Source of the DNA: Dimorphilus gyrociliatus
Taxonomy: Eukaryota; Animalia; Annelida
Assembly (NCBI GenBank): GCA_904063045.1
Contig: CAJFCJ010000004.1
Location: 1,977,713-2,041,712 of the forward strand
DNA: 64,000 bases
Reading direction: 5' to 3'
The number at the start of each line of letters is the position of its first letter. Position 1 is the first letter of the stretch. The notes under the pieces were generated by a model that was not told the origin of the DNA, did no database searches, and was given only the letters and a program-made list of their open reading frames with translations. Of this stretch, positions 1 through 11,700 are shown piece by piece. The position numbers and the translations under genes are program-made.

Positions 1-274
1 TATGCAGTGGAAATCCTAATAGCCCAACTGGTCCCGAGCAGCGACGATCAATTTCGGGAGATGGCGCTGTTTTTCGAACGTTAGAATAGTCGTCTTTATC
101 GTCTTCATCGTCTGCCGTATCGGACTCTGTTTGATGAATAACAAACGAAACTAATTAGTGAAGCTAGTTAATAGAGGTAACCAGAGGGGAGGGACCCAGA
201 AAGAGAGAGGAAAATTTCTAGGCGTTCAAAGGAGAAAATTATCGCTCATGGAAGTTTCTTTCTCCTTCTCTATT

Positions 275-305
<31 letters not shown>

Positions 306-3300
306 ACATAAACAACACTAAGTAGCATTTCTCTTAGAAGCTTAAGCAAATAATAAACTTTACCTTTATCTACTAATTATTTTGAAAGGGGTAAAAATTT
401 AAATATCACAAGTATACTTTTTCACTGGAAACGAAGATGGATTAGATGGATCGATTTTGTATCGCTTAAAGGTTAATAGTTACTTTTGCTAGAAATACTA
501 CTGATAAAAGCTTGTGGGATTATTAGAATTTTTCGTAATCGATATCTCAGTATTAGTTACCAATATGCTCTTCCCAATAGACTCAAATCCCTGCCAGAAA
601 TCATATATCGTATCGGCTCAAGCCTTATTAATATATGAGACTATTATATAAAGCAGGAAATATTAGTTTATACTAATAGATTATACGCTGATATGTTTCG
701 TTTATAGCTTTTCTCTGTAAAAGCTTTCTATTTTTTACTTTTGTTTTTGTTGGAAGAAAAAAAAACAAAAAGCAAATAACCTTCATAACACTTTGAACAC
801 GAACACCAACTCTCGCTATCTTTCTCATATCGCTTCGCCTTTTTCTTCTTTCTATAGTAATAAACTGATGCCCCTATACACAAAAGTAACAGCAAGGCTG
901 AGATCGGTAAAGCTACGAGTAACGGAAGGGACATTTTATACGGTCCATTTGACCCATAATGGCCGTTATATTTCCACGGAAAAGTATCGATTACGTCCTC
1001 TTTTTCGTTACATCTAAACCTGTCCCACGTCTGATGGTATAAACAACACATCGCCTTTTTTTTAAACTGACAGCAGCAATAGTCGATTTGGGGTTTGTAG
1101 GATGCTACTCTGCACTCGTGTGTATACAATCCATCAGCGTAAGATTGAATATCGCATTTTCCGCCTGGTGATATTGCATGAAGTGAATTTTCTGTCACTG
1201 TCATCAAAGAAATAAAGAAAAAAAATCTTTTTTATTATAGAATGTAGTTGCATCTCAACCGTTAAATATATAGCCAATATATAATCCGATAAATAGACTG
1301 ATGAAAAATAGTTCTGATTCATTCAATACAATTTTATTTAAATATTTATTAGAAAAACTTCAATACTATTGAATTTCATTTCCACTTAATTGAATTTTTT
1401 TCTTTCTTTATCCTTTATTCGTTTTAAAAGTACTTTTCGATCTTATCCTTATTTAACATTCAATCTTCGCTGCTTTATAAATATTCAGTAGCAATATAAA
1501 AACACCGACTATTCTAAAATTCATTATACCCTACCAACTAATTAATTTTTCTTTATTCTCATTTTAAAAACGTTTCTTTTCAATTTTCAAATAATTAAAG
1601 AAGCAAAAATTGAAAGACTATTGAAAAACAAAACTATCTATAATTTATTTAGAACTATATATTGAATTATTCAACTTCTATTTTTCATCAACATTTTGAA
1701 CAGTTCAATTTTCATTAAAAAATAAGGGAGGAAAGTGGGGATAAAGCAACCGTACAAAATGTAAGGGAAAGAAGCGAGATAAAAAGCGAAAAAACAAACA
1801 AAATAATAAACTTTAAGTATCTTATAAAATTATGTTAGTTAATCAGGAAATTAATAATTCATTGTGTTATTGCTATAATCACGATGACTGTAATCAATAT
1901 TGGACTGAGAAGGTTAGAGAAAAGAAAAGGAATAAAAAAAGAAACAAGAGGCTACAAATGAAAAATAACTAATAATAACAATTAGGAGAAATCTTTCGGT
2001 ATGTTTTTTTTTTATTAGAATAGTATGTTTAGTGGTGGCGGCGGAAAGAAAACTTAGGTGTAATATTTTTTTTTTTGTTATTAATAGATATACTTTTAGC
2101 AATATCGTTAATTATATGGATTTTTTTAAGAGATAGAAGAGCACAAAGTAAAGACTATAATTTTACGGAAAACATATATTTTCAGTTAATTTTATTAGTT
2201 TTTTCCATATAAATATATATATACTATATATAAATTTATATATATATATATATATATACTGTACTTTTTCATTTATATAGATAGCACACCATGAAATTTA
2301 TCTTACCACGACTTCCGCCTTCCAAATTGTTTCTGGCTGCGAAGTAAATTAACGAAAAAAAAAAAAAAAAAAGAAAATTAATTGTGATATTATAACCGCC
2401 GCCAGCAACATCACTATGGTGTTGTCACGTGACTTGACGATATATAATGAACAAGTACATGCTATCTGTGTATATATTTTTTATTTTTGTGTATGAGAAA
2501 ATACTTATAAGTTATGTTTTTGTATAAAAAGGACTACTAGTTATTTTTAGAAACAGTCGAATTATGAAAGAAACAGAAAAGTTTACTAAACACAAACAAT
2601 ATATTCTTCGATATCTCTTCTTTTTCCTCATTTTTTATGATCTTTTAATAAGGCAAAGTTTTATACAGAACATATTTATATACATTAATAAAGAAGAGAT
2701 ATTGCTTAATTAGCCAATGGCCATCATTTTTAGAATATTTATCCCCAATGAATTTCTAGTTTTATAAAATGTTATATTTTCTTATAAAGTGAATTGTCAA
2801 AGTAGGAAGCGTTTTTATTGCTTTTAGATGCTAAGAAGAAAGAAAATGATGAAACAGTCTACGATTTAATATTTTCTCTTCAAAGGTAACAAATAGGAGA
2901 AGAGGAATATGGATATAGGGAAAATTATTACTCTAAGTACGATATTTTCCTCTTACTAAGTGATGAAGAAAGTAAAAAGTATATACGCTATTTTCCTATT
3001 AAATATAAATGTGCTTACCTGCATTTCTACAAAATTCAGCTTGCTCCTTGTTACATTTTCCATCTGCAGACATGATTTTATTAAGATGGATTAAAATCTA
3101 GTCACGAGAAAAACATATGAAGAGAAATATGCAAAAGTTAATCCGCTACACTCATTTCGAATGGCGTTCCTCAATCTGATTTATGTACACAATGATCTCT
3201 TTTTTTGGCGGCAATGTACACAGTACAGCGCCACACTAGCAAATAACTACTAGGATTTATGACAAACTAGGCCTAATGAATATAAATTAGAAAAAAGTCT

Positions 3301-5304
3301 TTTTCTGAGAGGGAAGAAAATTTTTTTCCAAAACACCTAGAACGTTTCAATCGTTTGATGTGATTATATTAAAAGGAAAGGCGAGTGGGTAATGAGCGTG
3401 ACGTGTTAGCTAATCAATACATATGATCAATAAGCAATAATTGGGTGCATTTTCTTTACCCATTTAAAAAGCGTGAAAAATATTATTGATATTTACAAAA
3501 AAAAGGAACGATTTTTTTTGATACAAACATTATAAACTAATTAAAGTGAATTTTTGAAAAAGGGAAGAGAAAAGAAGAGAGATAGGCTTAAATTTCAATA
3601 TGTTTATATCCATATTTCCAAATTGTTTATGCTACTATTTAATATACTAAAATAGGTGTTTTCTTTCTTTCTTCCTTTCTTTCATTTTTCATAAAAGTGA
3701 GCACAGTAATTAAAACATCTCTTCTCTATCCTTCTAATGCGAAGTAATAGCCTTGTTTATATAATAATACTATATAAAATTATATAAATGTAATATGATT
3801 ATTAATAAAAGTAGTGTATTAACTTATAAAAGTATATGTGAATAAATTTAGATTAATGTACATGTATATATTAATATATATATATGATAAAGATGTTTTC
3901 TACTGTATATAGAAATGCATCAATGAAAATTGAAACGTGTATTAGCAAGATTACCTATCTCTTCCTCCATACCTTTTTCTCTCTAATTAACTATCAATCT
4001 TTAAATTAAATATACGGTATGTTTGTATACTTGAACCCAGTTTCTCATGCTTTCCTCTCTCTCTCTCTCTCTTTATCTCTCCTACCTTCAATCACTCTAC
4101 TTAAAAAAATAGAAAGTATACCTTATAAAAATGTTATTTTTTTCCATTAATAAATAAGCAAATATTATTTATATATAAAATGAATTGATTTTAATTAAGT
4201 ACTAAAAAGTTAAAGGCGGTAAAAGTATAAAAGAGTTTTTGACGTTAATAAGTATTAAAACTAAGTGAAAAAGGAAATTATACACGAAAAAGGGAAGGAA
4301 AGAAGAAAGAAGGTAAGGTATACTATATAATATTTTTATGTAAACTTAAGAAGCTTACTTAAAGAAAATTTTTCAGATAGATATCGCATAACCTTGTAAA
4401 TGTGATAGTAAATTAAAAAAAGAAATGAGATTCTAGTGTAATAAATCATTGTAATTTAATATTTTTTTTACAGTAATATAATATGCTGTTCACTTACTAT
4501 TTGATATACAAAAAAAAGTTTATGAGCATCCTAAATTCGCTATAGGAAAGTTGATTAGCGAAATTTTTTCTAGCGCTTATGTTGATGGATTGAGATAAAA
4601 TCTATAGAAACAACTCTAGAAGCGTTCGATATTATCAATAAACGTGAAAAATTCATAATATTCATCCGATTAGTTTGCATTTAGTCAATATTACTATGAT
4701 TTTGATAGTGCACCTTATCTTTAATATATATATATAAGTCTATTGAAATTACTTTTATAATTAACTATTTTTATTACTCTGAAAATATTCAGAGAGGAAA
4801 ACAAATGGAGATTGGAAGAAAAGTAGAGAGAGAGGCTAGCTGAGAGACTAGCTCCCCGTCACGTTAATTTATTCCTTTTCTAGAGTCTCTTAGGATTATA
4901 ACCCTATTTCATCTTATTCTTTCCGGAAGCAGTTAGGAGCTAAAAAGTTCACGAATATTTTGTATTCGATTCTAACATTTCCTTTTCGTTAAACCTCTTT
5001 TAGAAAATGGAAAACTGAGCGGAAATCGTTAGAGGGAGTCACTAGTTTTGTTTCTTTTTTTTAAGGCTCTAAAGATGAAAAGCTTTTTTACTAAGACTAC
5101 GAGGGAAGCCAAACAAAGAGTAATAATAATAAAAAATAAGATGACTTGAAAGTTTTCTTGTACTGCTTATATAATTAAGTTAATAATAAAATTGATCTAA
5201 TTACGTAATAAATAAGTACAATTTGAAAAATTTGATAGACAGAGATGTAAATATATAAAGAGGGAGGAAGGAAGAATAAATGAAAGAAATAAGGACAGAA
5301 AGAA

Positions 5305-5382
<78 letters not shown>

Positions 5383-5710
5383 AGAGTCTTTATATTTAAT
5401 ATTAAGTTTAGGTTTGGTCTTACTCTTGCACGCAATACCTAATGAAAGTATTAATTTTCAAATGGTTATTATATACCTTAAACAAAGTATATAACACATA
5501 TCCCATATTAAACAGTCGTTATTTTTTGTACTAATATAATACTTCTAATAACAGTATGTGCTTTGATTTTTCTCTTCATATGTGCATTGTATAGAAACGG
5601 AAAGAATAAAATATAAAAAAAGACAAACCAGCCATTTGTATGAGAAATATGTTTATGGTTAAGGCAATTGTGGATAATATATGCACCATACGATCCGAGC
5701 AAATGCTCAT
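1..5710 (-). CDS. Shisa-like/WBP1-VOPP1-like Cys-rich type I single-pass membrane protein, 3' partial; join complement(5710-5629, 3063-3019, 1197-781, 150-<1)
   Basis: Exon 1 encodes a signal-peptide-like MSICSDRMVHILSTIALTINIFLIQMA (donor G|GTTTGT, phase 1). A 45-nt exon (ctgcag|...GCAG|GTAAGC) gives DGKCNKEQAEFCRNA. A 417-nt exon gives C..C..YCCC..MCC..C, a TM helix LPLLVALPISALLLLLCIGASVYYY, an RKKKKAKR stop-transfer and WCSCSKC. The next exon (attag| at 151) continues in frame as VSFVIHQTESDTADDEDDKDDYSNVRK... All junctions are phase 1 and open. The family call rests on Cys pattern and topology only. Confidence 0.75.
5308..5380. repeat. Compound microsatellite (GT)n(GA)n in intron 1 of the Shisa-like gene
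   Basis: Uninterrupted GT run 5308-5360 followed directly by AG run 5361-5380; it generates the spurious ORFs 5175-5435 and 5312-5494. Confidence 0.97.
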
Positions 5711-8700
5711 AATAAATGCAGGATGCCTCAGGGTCGCATTTGAGTAAAACACCTGAAAAAGAAGTAAATAAAAACACATTTAGAAAGTCATATGGAATGT
5801 ATATATGTATATTTTATATAATTTAAGAGACTGTGGAATAGTGAAAAAAAAAACTGGATTCGTGACTGGAAAGAAAAACTCTTGCTGTTTCCTGATAATG
5901 ACGCACCATGAAAGGTAAGGGAAGTCCGTTATTTAAGCGAAATTTTTTTTTTTGATTTACTTTATTCTTACATTTATAGGGGTTTCTTTTTCTACGACGA
6001 AAACTAAATTGCAGAGGAAGACCTAACAAAGATCAAATGGTTCCTAAAACTCTCTTTACACAACTTGTCACCTCATACAATTCATTAATGTGTCAAATAC
6101 TGTAGATTCCTTGGCCTAGCCGTGGAGTAAAAGCACTTAAGCTATAATAGAAGTAAGACTGAGTGAAACCGATGATGATTCGTTAATGTAGTATTTAATT
6201 GAAACTGCATTAGGTCGATATCAATATAAAGAAATAAACGCTAATGCATCTATTTGAATCGTGAAGAAAATGAGCGAAACACCTGGAAATCTCTACGGTA
6301 GTAACTTCATTGGGCATAACGAGCAAAGAGCAAGAGAAACAAGAAGAAAAGAAAGCGAAAAATAAATATATTGAAGAAGGACTAAAAAAACATTCGAAGA
6401 GTGATTATGAAAGAAAAAAAAGTACTTTATTATTGAACATCTTTTAGTATCAATACAGAAGACTTATTTTGGATTCAATAAACTTTATTTTCTATAGATG
6501 ACTAAGGATATGTGAAGTTTAAAAAAAGGAAGAGAAAGAGAGTAGGAAGCGGAAATATGGGAGAAAGAGAATAAGTACCAGTCATATATAAAGTATATAT
6601 AGTATATAAGGAGAAAACTAAAGAAATAGAGGAAAAAATCGGATAAATTTTTAGCTTTCTTTTGTAATACAAGTGAAAAGATTGTACAGGAACAATAAAG
6701 TTGTTAAAATTTCATTTTTAATAAATCATTTGAGGAAATGATTGATGTTAATTGGAAGTAATTGTATACTACACTTGCTATCTAAATTTACAGAAATATG
6801 CCTTCATTACAAAAATAAAATAAACTCTTTAGTTGGAGTAAACTTTTAACATCCAACCCAACTGTATTTTCTTTGAAAAAGAAATATTTTTCGGCCTAGA
6901 AAACAATATTTGTAAAAAATATCCAAGAGATCAAAGGAATAGCAATCAATCTCCACAAAACCGCAAGAGCAGCGCGCAACAGCAAAATCCGATTGCTGTA
7001 GAGAAATGCTGCGGGCTAATAGCGGATTATTGAGGCCAATAATGATGGCGGATGGGATTATGCACTTGGCACATTCGCTAGAATTCTATTTGCTCATCAA
7101 TTGCTTGTATTTGTAGTGAGAAAAACTCAATTAGGTTTGCTTGTTGAAAATACCCTTCTATTTTGCTCTTAGCTATTGCAATTTTGAAATAGCACAGCTG
7201 TTAAGTTTCCTAGCCAATTTAAACACGTATGAGCATTAATCCTTTCTTTTCCCTTTTCTATATCTGACTTTATCTAACAATCTATTTATCTCTTTCATTC
7301 TTCTTTTATATCTTGTTGTCTATCTTCACTTTTCTCTTTGTTCTCTTTCTCTTTTTCACTATTTCTCACACACTCATTCTTTCAATCTTCATCCTCCTCT
7401 GCCATTCATTATGATTCAATGAGAAGCTATTTTAATTAACCGTCAGAGCAAATATGCTAAACTCTTGGCACACCTTTCATTCAGGTCTATCACACTAAGT
7501 ATTTTGGCTGTTAAGCTTTTCGGCGGGTAAAAGATAATATTTACAAGAGTTATACTTTATTCCAAAGACTGCAGGCCTAGATCAAATGGAATAAACTACT
7601 TCAAGCCCCGTTTTCTTACTGTTATTAATATTATTTTTTCTTTAAACTCTTAAATATTTCTAGATGATCTCTTGAATTATACCATTCTAATAAGATAAAT
7701 CTTTAATAACAAAGAATAATACCAGTTGAAAAAATCAATAGAGACAATTAATTACATCCTTAAAGTTAATTACGAAAATCACGCACATTATTAAATAAAG
7801 CGACTAATTCGTAACAAATTACAATAAGAAAACGCTAAAGAGGCATCATTGTCAATTCCTCTTTATAATACGATTTTGTCTTTTATAAAAAACATATATA
7901 AAAAAAGGGAAATTGTTAAAAAGTAATCCTCTATCAGATTAGAGTTCTGTTGTTTTTATCCATAAAGAAAAAGAGTAAATTAGATTCGTATTAGATGAAT
8001 ATATGAAAAGAAAATTAGACGGGAAATTAATAGTAATTATACCTAGAAGGGGAGAGGAAAGCAATTAGCGCGAAGAGTGCTAGAAAAATAAACTTTAGAT
8101 AGATTTTTCTTTCTCTTCATTTCTCCTCTAATCATTTTACTTGGAAATGCTAATATAAAAAAATTATACACTACAACCAGTGCTACACTGTATACAAGTA
8201 CGAAGAAGTAGATGATTATTTATAACACTTTTCTGATGACATCCTTTTATTAAGCCTATTTACTTCCTAGGGGTAATTCTACTCGGAATTTAAAAGAAGA
8301 GAAGATAGCTTTTTGTTTTTACCATAGTATTTTTGATTATCACTTCTACACTCCTCTTCCTCTATTTCCTTGATATTCTTTTTCTCGTTGTGCTCTTGAT
8401 CTTCTTCGTCTTTCCTATCTCTTCTTTCTCTTTCGTCTGCAGATATTTTTTATATTACATTTCGAAGGAGGGAAGGGCACTTGATCTATATTTTCACTTA
8501 ACACCCTGGTTCGGTTCTACTCTAAATAATTTATTATATTAACGCTTAAAAATTCGTGTTGAATAGCAAAGGAAAAATTTTTTATGGTCAGTCAGTGAAT
8601 ACTGATATTTGTCAGTAAATTCTATAAATTAAAAAAAAAAGGAGAGAGAAAGAGAGAAAGAAATAGAGAAAGAAAAATCTGAACTTGTCATAGATAAAAT

Positions 8701-11700
8701 GCCCGCCGAAAAAGCAAAAGATGAATCAGTTGAATCACCGTAAGCAAGATAAATTACCATTGCTCTGCAAACTAATCTAAAGCAACCATAAAACTATCGA
8801 CCTACCGCATGAATAAGGCGCTTTTTTTTCATTTTATCAATATTAATATCAACTGAACGTCTTCGATCTGCAATCGATCTTCAACTAGACAAAAAAATCA
8901 AACAGAAATAATAAGAACCGCGAAAATTTGCAGTAGAGTGAATAATGCATGACGATAAATACACGTGGGAAAAGACGTTTATAAAATTCATTCTCAGAAA
9001 ACGCTATCAAAACGTCTAATTTCTTATGCAAAGCCTTTCAACTGCAACTTAGGAATCGACTTTTGTTGTAGTGCTGTTCTTGAAGCCTTCAGAGCTCTTA
9101 GATTGACAAAGTGTAATTATGCAAAGTCGTTTTTGCCCTGTGTTTCTGTTCGTGTCCCGTTTGTTTGTTTGATTAAGATAGTAGAGGTTGTAAATAAATT
9201 ATTGTTAAGTGCAACTACAGATGGTTCCTTCCAATTATATAATTAAGACTGGCTAACATGGCTGCTTTTTTTTGTTTTGTTTTCTAAAAATTCTCTTTCC
9301 TTCTACTAAATTTTTCTCTAGCTTTTGCAGCTTTTCTTATCAACTATTGCTTAACCCCTATTTTTAATAGTCTCTTAATAGACTATACAATATTTTACTA
9401 TGCAAATAAGCATTAACTACGCTTCGACTAAAATTTATTCTTATACTGAAAAAGTAAATATTTCCGATAAGCTTTCAAATGGAAAATTGTTTTATTAGTT
9501 ATGTAAGAATATACGTAGTATTATTTCATTATTAAACACATATACAGCCTTATAAATAGATTGATTTATTATTTTCAGTCACGAAAATTTTTTATTCTAA
9601 TTCGTCTTTGTTAAAATGCAATCAGAAGTATTTCATTTGCTTAATTAGAAGGAATTCACGCAATATTAAAGAAGAAATAGATTTACCCTTATCATACAAT
9701 AAAATGTTCTATTGTTTATTACATTGAATTAAAGAAGGAAAAGAAAGGAACTATACAGGAAAAATGTGTCACATCACAAAAAATAAGAGAGAACTTTTAG
9801 GAATTTACTTTTTTGCTGCTCATTTAATGAGAGAATAAATAGAAAAAAAATATGGGGGAGGATAATTTCAGCTCGTATTCTATGTATAAAAGGAATAATG
9901 AATAAAGAAATTTTGTACTTAATTAGTCCAATTATTGCCGGTCTTTTTTGCGTATATTAAAAAATAACAGCTGCAAAATATTGCTAGTTATTTATTACTG
10001 GATTAGGTTACTGACACAAAATGGGATTGACGATGGAAGAAATTCAGTCAACCAAAAACAGACGCTTTTTCCGCTAAACAGAATTCATCTACTTTCTATA
10101 TTCAACTTGATGAAAGATTAAAGCAATAAATAAACGGTAAAGTATTAAGATTTTCAATAAACACGATTATAGATTATTGAAAATTACTTTTTAGCGAACT
10201 GGATTAGAAGCCTTTACTTTAGTATTTTAAAAATGCGTAAATATTTTAATACTCTTCAGAATAAGATGTAAATGTATCTGGATTAATCTTTAAGATACAA
10301 GGAATATCTTTTCTATCAATTTGCTGCTTTTTTAATTAGCTTTCGGTATCTAAAATTCTTATCTAAAAACTCCAGTAAAAAGAAATAGAATCCTCTAAAT
10401 AACGTTCAGGGATGTTTTTTTAAGTAGTACGAATAGAGAAAAGAGTAGAGAAAGGATCCTAAAGGATGAAAGTTAGTTAAAGAATTTAGATATACCTGAT
10501 ATAAATACAAATTCATATGCTATATATATATATACTTTATATATAGATTTATAGAGAAATTTCGATCGTAACCTTAAAAGAAGAAAGGAGAAAAACGATT
10601 CTGCTCGCCAGTAAATGCTTCGCAACTCGTGGCTATATTACTGAGGAAATGTCGCGACCTGCAGCCGATAACTGAATCGGTGGCACTGGAGAGCTGTAAA
10701 TTCCAGCGGCAAACATTGCTGGCCAGTGACGCGGAAAAGCAATTAGAAGGCGTCGGTGGAAAAATGCTGCAGAGACGCCCAATTCTCATTTCTTCTGAAA
10801 CGTGTCACTCCTAGTCAATGAGAAGTATCAATAAATGATTAGAGAGTCACGTTTTTCTGACGGATAATTTGACATCAGGAAAATTGCAGCGTTTAAAAAC
10901 GTTTATTGTGGGTGGTTAATTTCACCCTTTGATATGAAATATTCGCACGTGCTTTGTATGCACTTCCTTTTTGTATATAAACATAAATTCCTTTAATTTT
11001 CAAGTATTGATTTCTTCCCAAAAGAGGGTAAACGCCCCATTGGAAAACAGCTTAAACACGAAAAAAACTTAATCAGGTTCTTTTCTCGCTATTATTTCTT
11101 GAAGACGACCTCTAAATGCTGTGTTGACCTATAAGACGTCCTTCATTGGCATCTAAGGCGTCCCTACCTAATTAAACCGTACTTACTTCCTCTTTCCTCC
11201 ACTCTTAATATAGCATAAAAATATAAAAATCGTTCTATTTACGTTAATATCTATCGATTGGAATTCATCGTTCAAATGAGAAAAAAAAATACAGTAATTG
11301 AAAAGTTGCTAATCGTCTTATGAAAATGTAATAAAGTTATGATGGAAATTGAGGATATGAAAATTCCGGTTTGCAAAAGAATAAGAAAAATCATCAAACT
11401 CATTTCTTTCAATTCTATGGATTAGAAAGAAAAAATCATTTAACTCTTCACCCAATAACTATAATTTTTAAGAGAAAGTGTGAAAATTTCACTTCAGTTA
11501 ATGATTTTCCATAAGAAAACTGGATTATAATAATTCTATTAGTGAAGGAGCGCATTTAATAATGAAAAAAGAATTTAGTTTTCAATACAAACAGTATTCT
11601 AAGGAGAAAAAGAAAAAAGGGACTTTACCACATGGCAATAATTTCCATAGCAACTAGCAGTTCCCTTAGCTCTATGCCCTCTTTCTCTTTACACCCCTTT

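Noticed and set aside
5175-5494. ORFs with HTHT/CVCV/ERER runs
   Set aside because: Translations of the (GT)n(GA)n microsatellite; the same applies to the F/L/S/I/Y-rich ORFs at 15381-15768, 20485-20759, 29773-29988, 30772-30996 and 58063-58347.
10574-10814. Two overlapping antiparallel ORFs (71 and 61 aa)
   Set aside because: Explained by locally higher GC (fewer stops); no recognisable domain or splice context. Kept only as a non-coding island.
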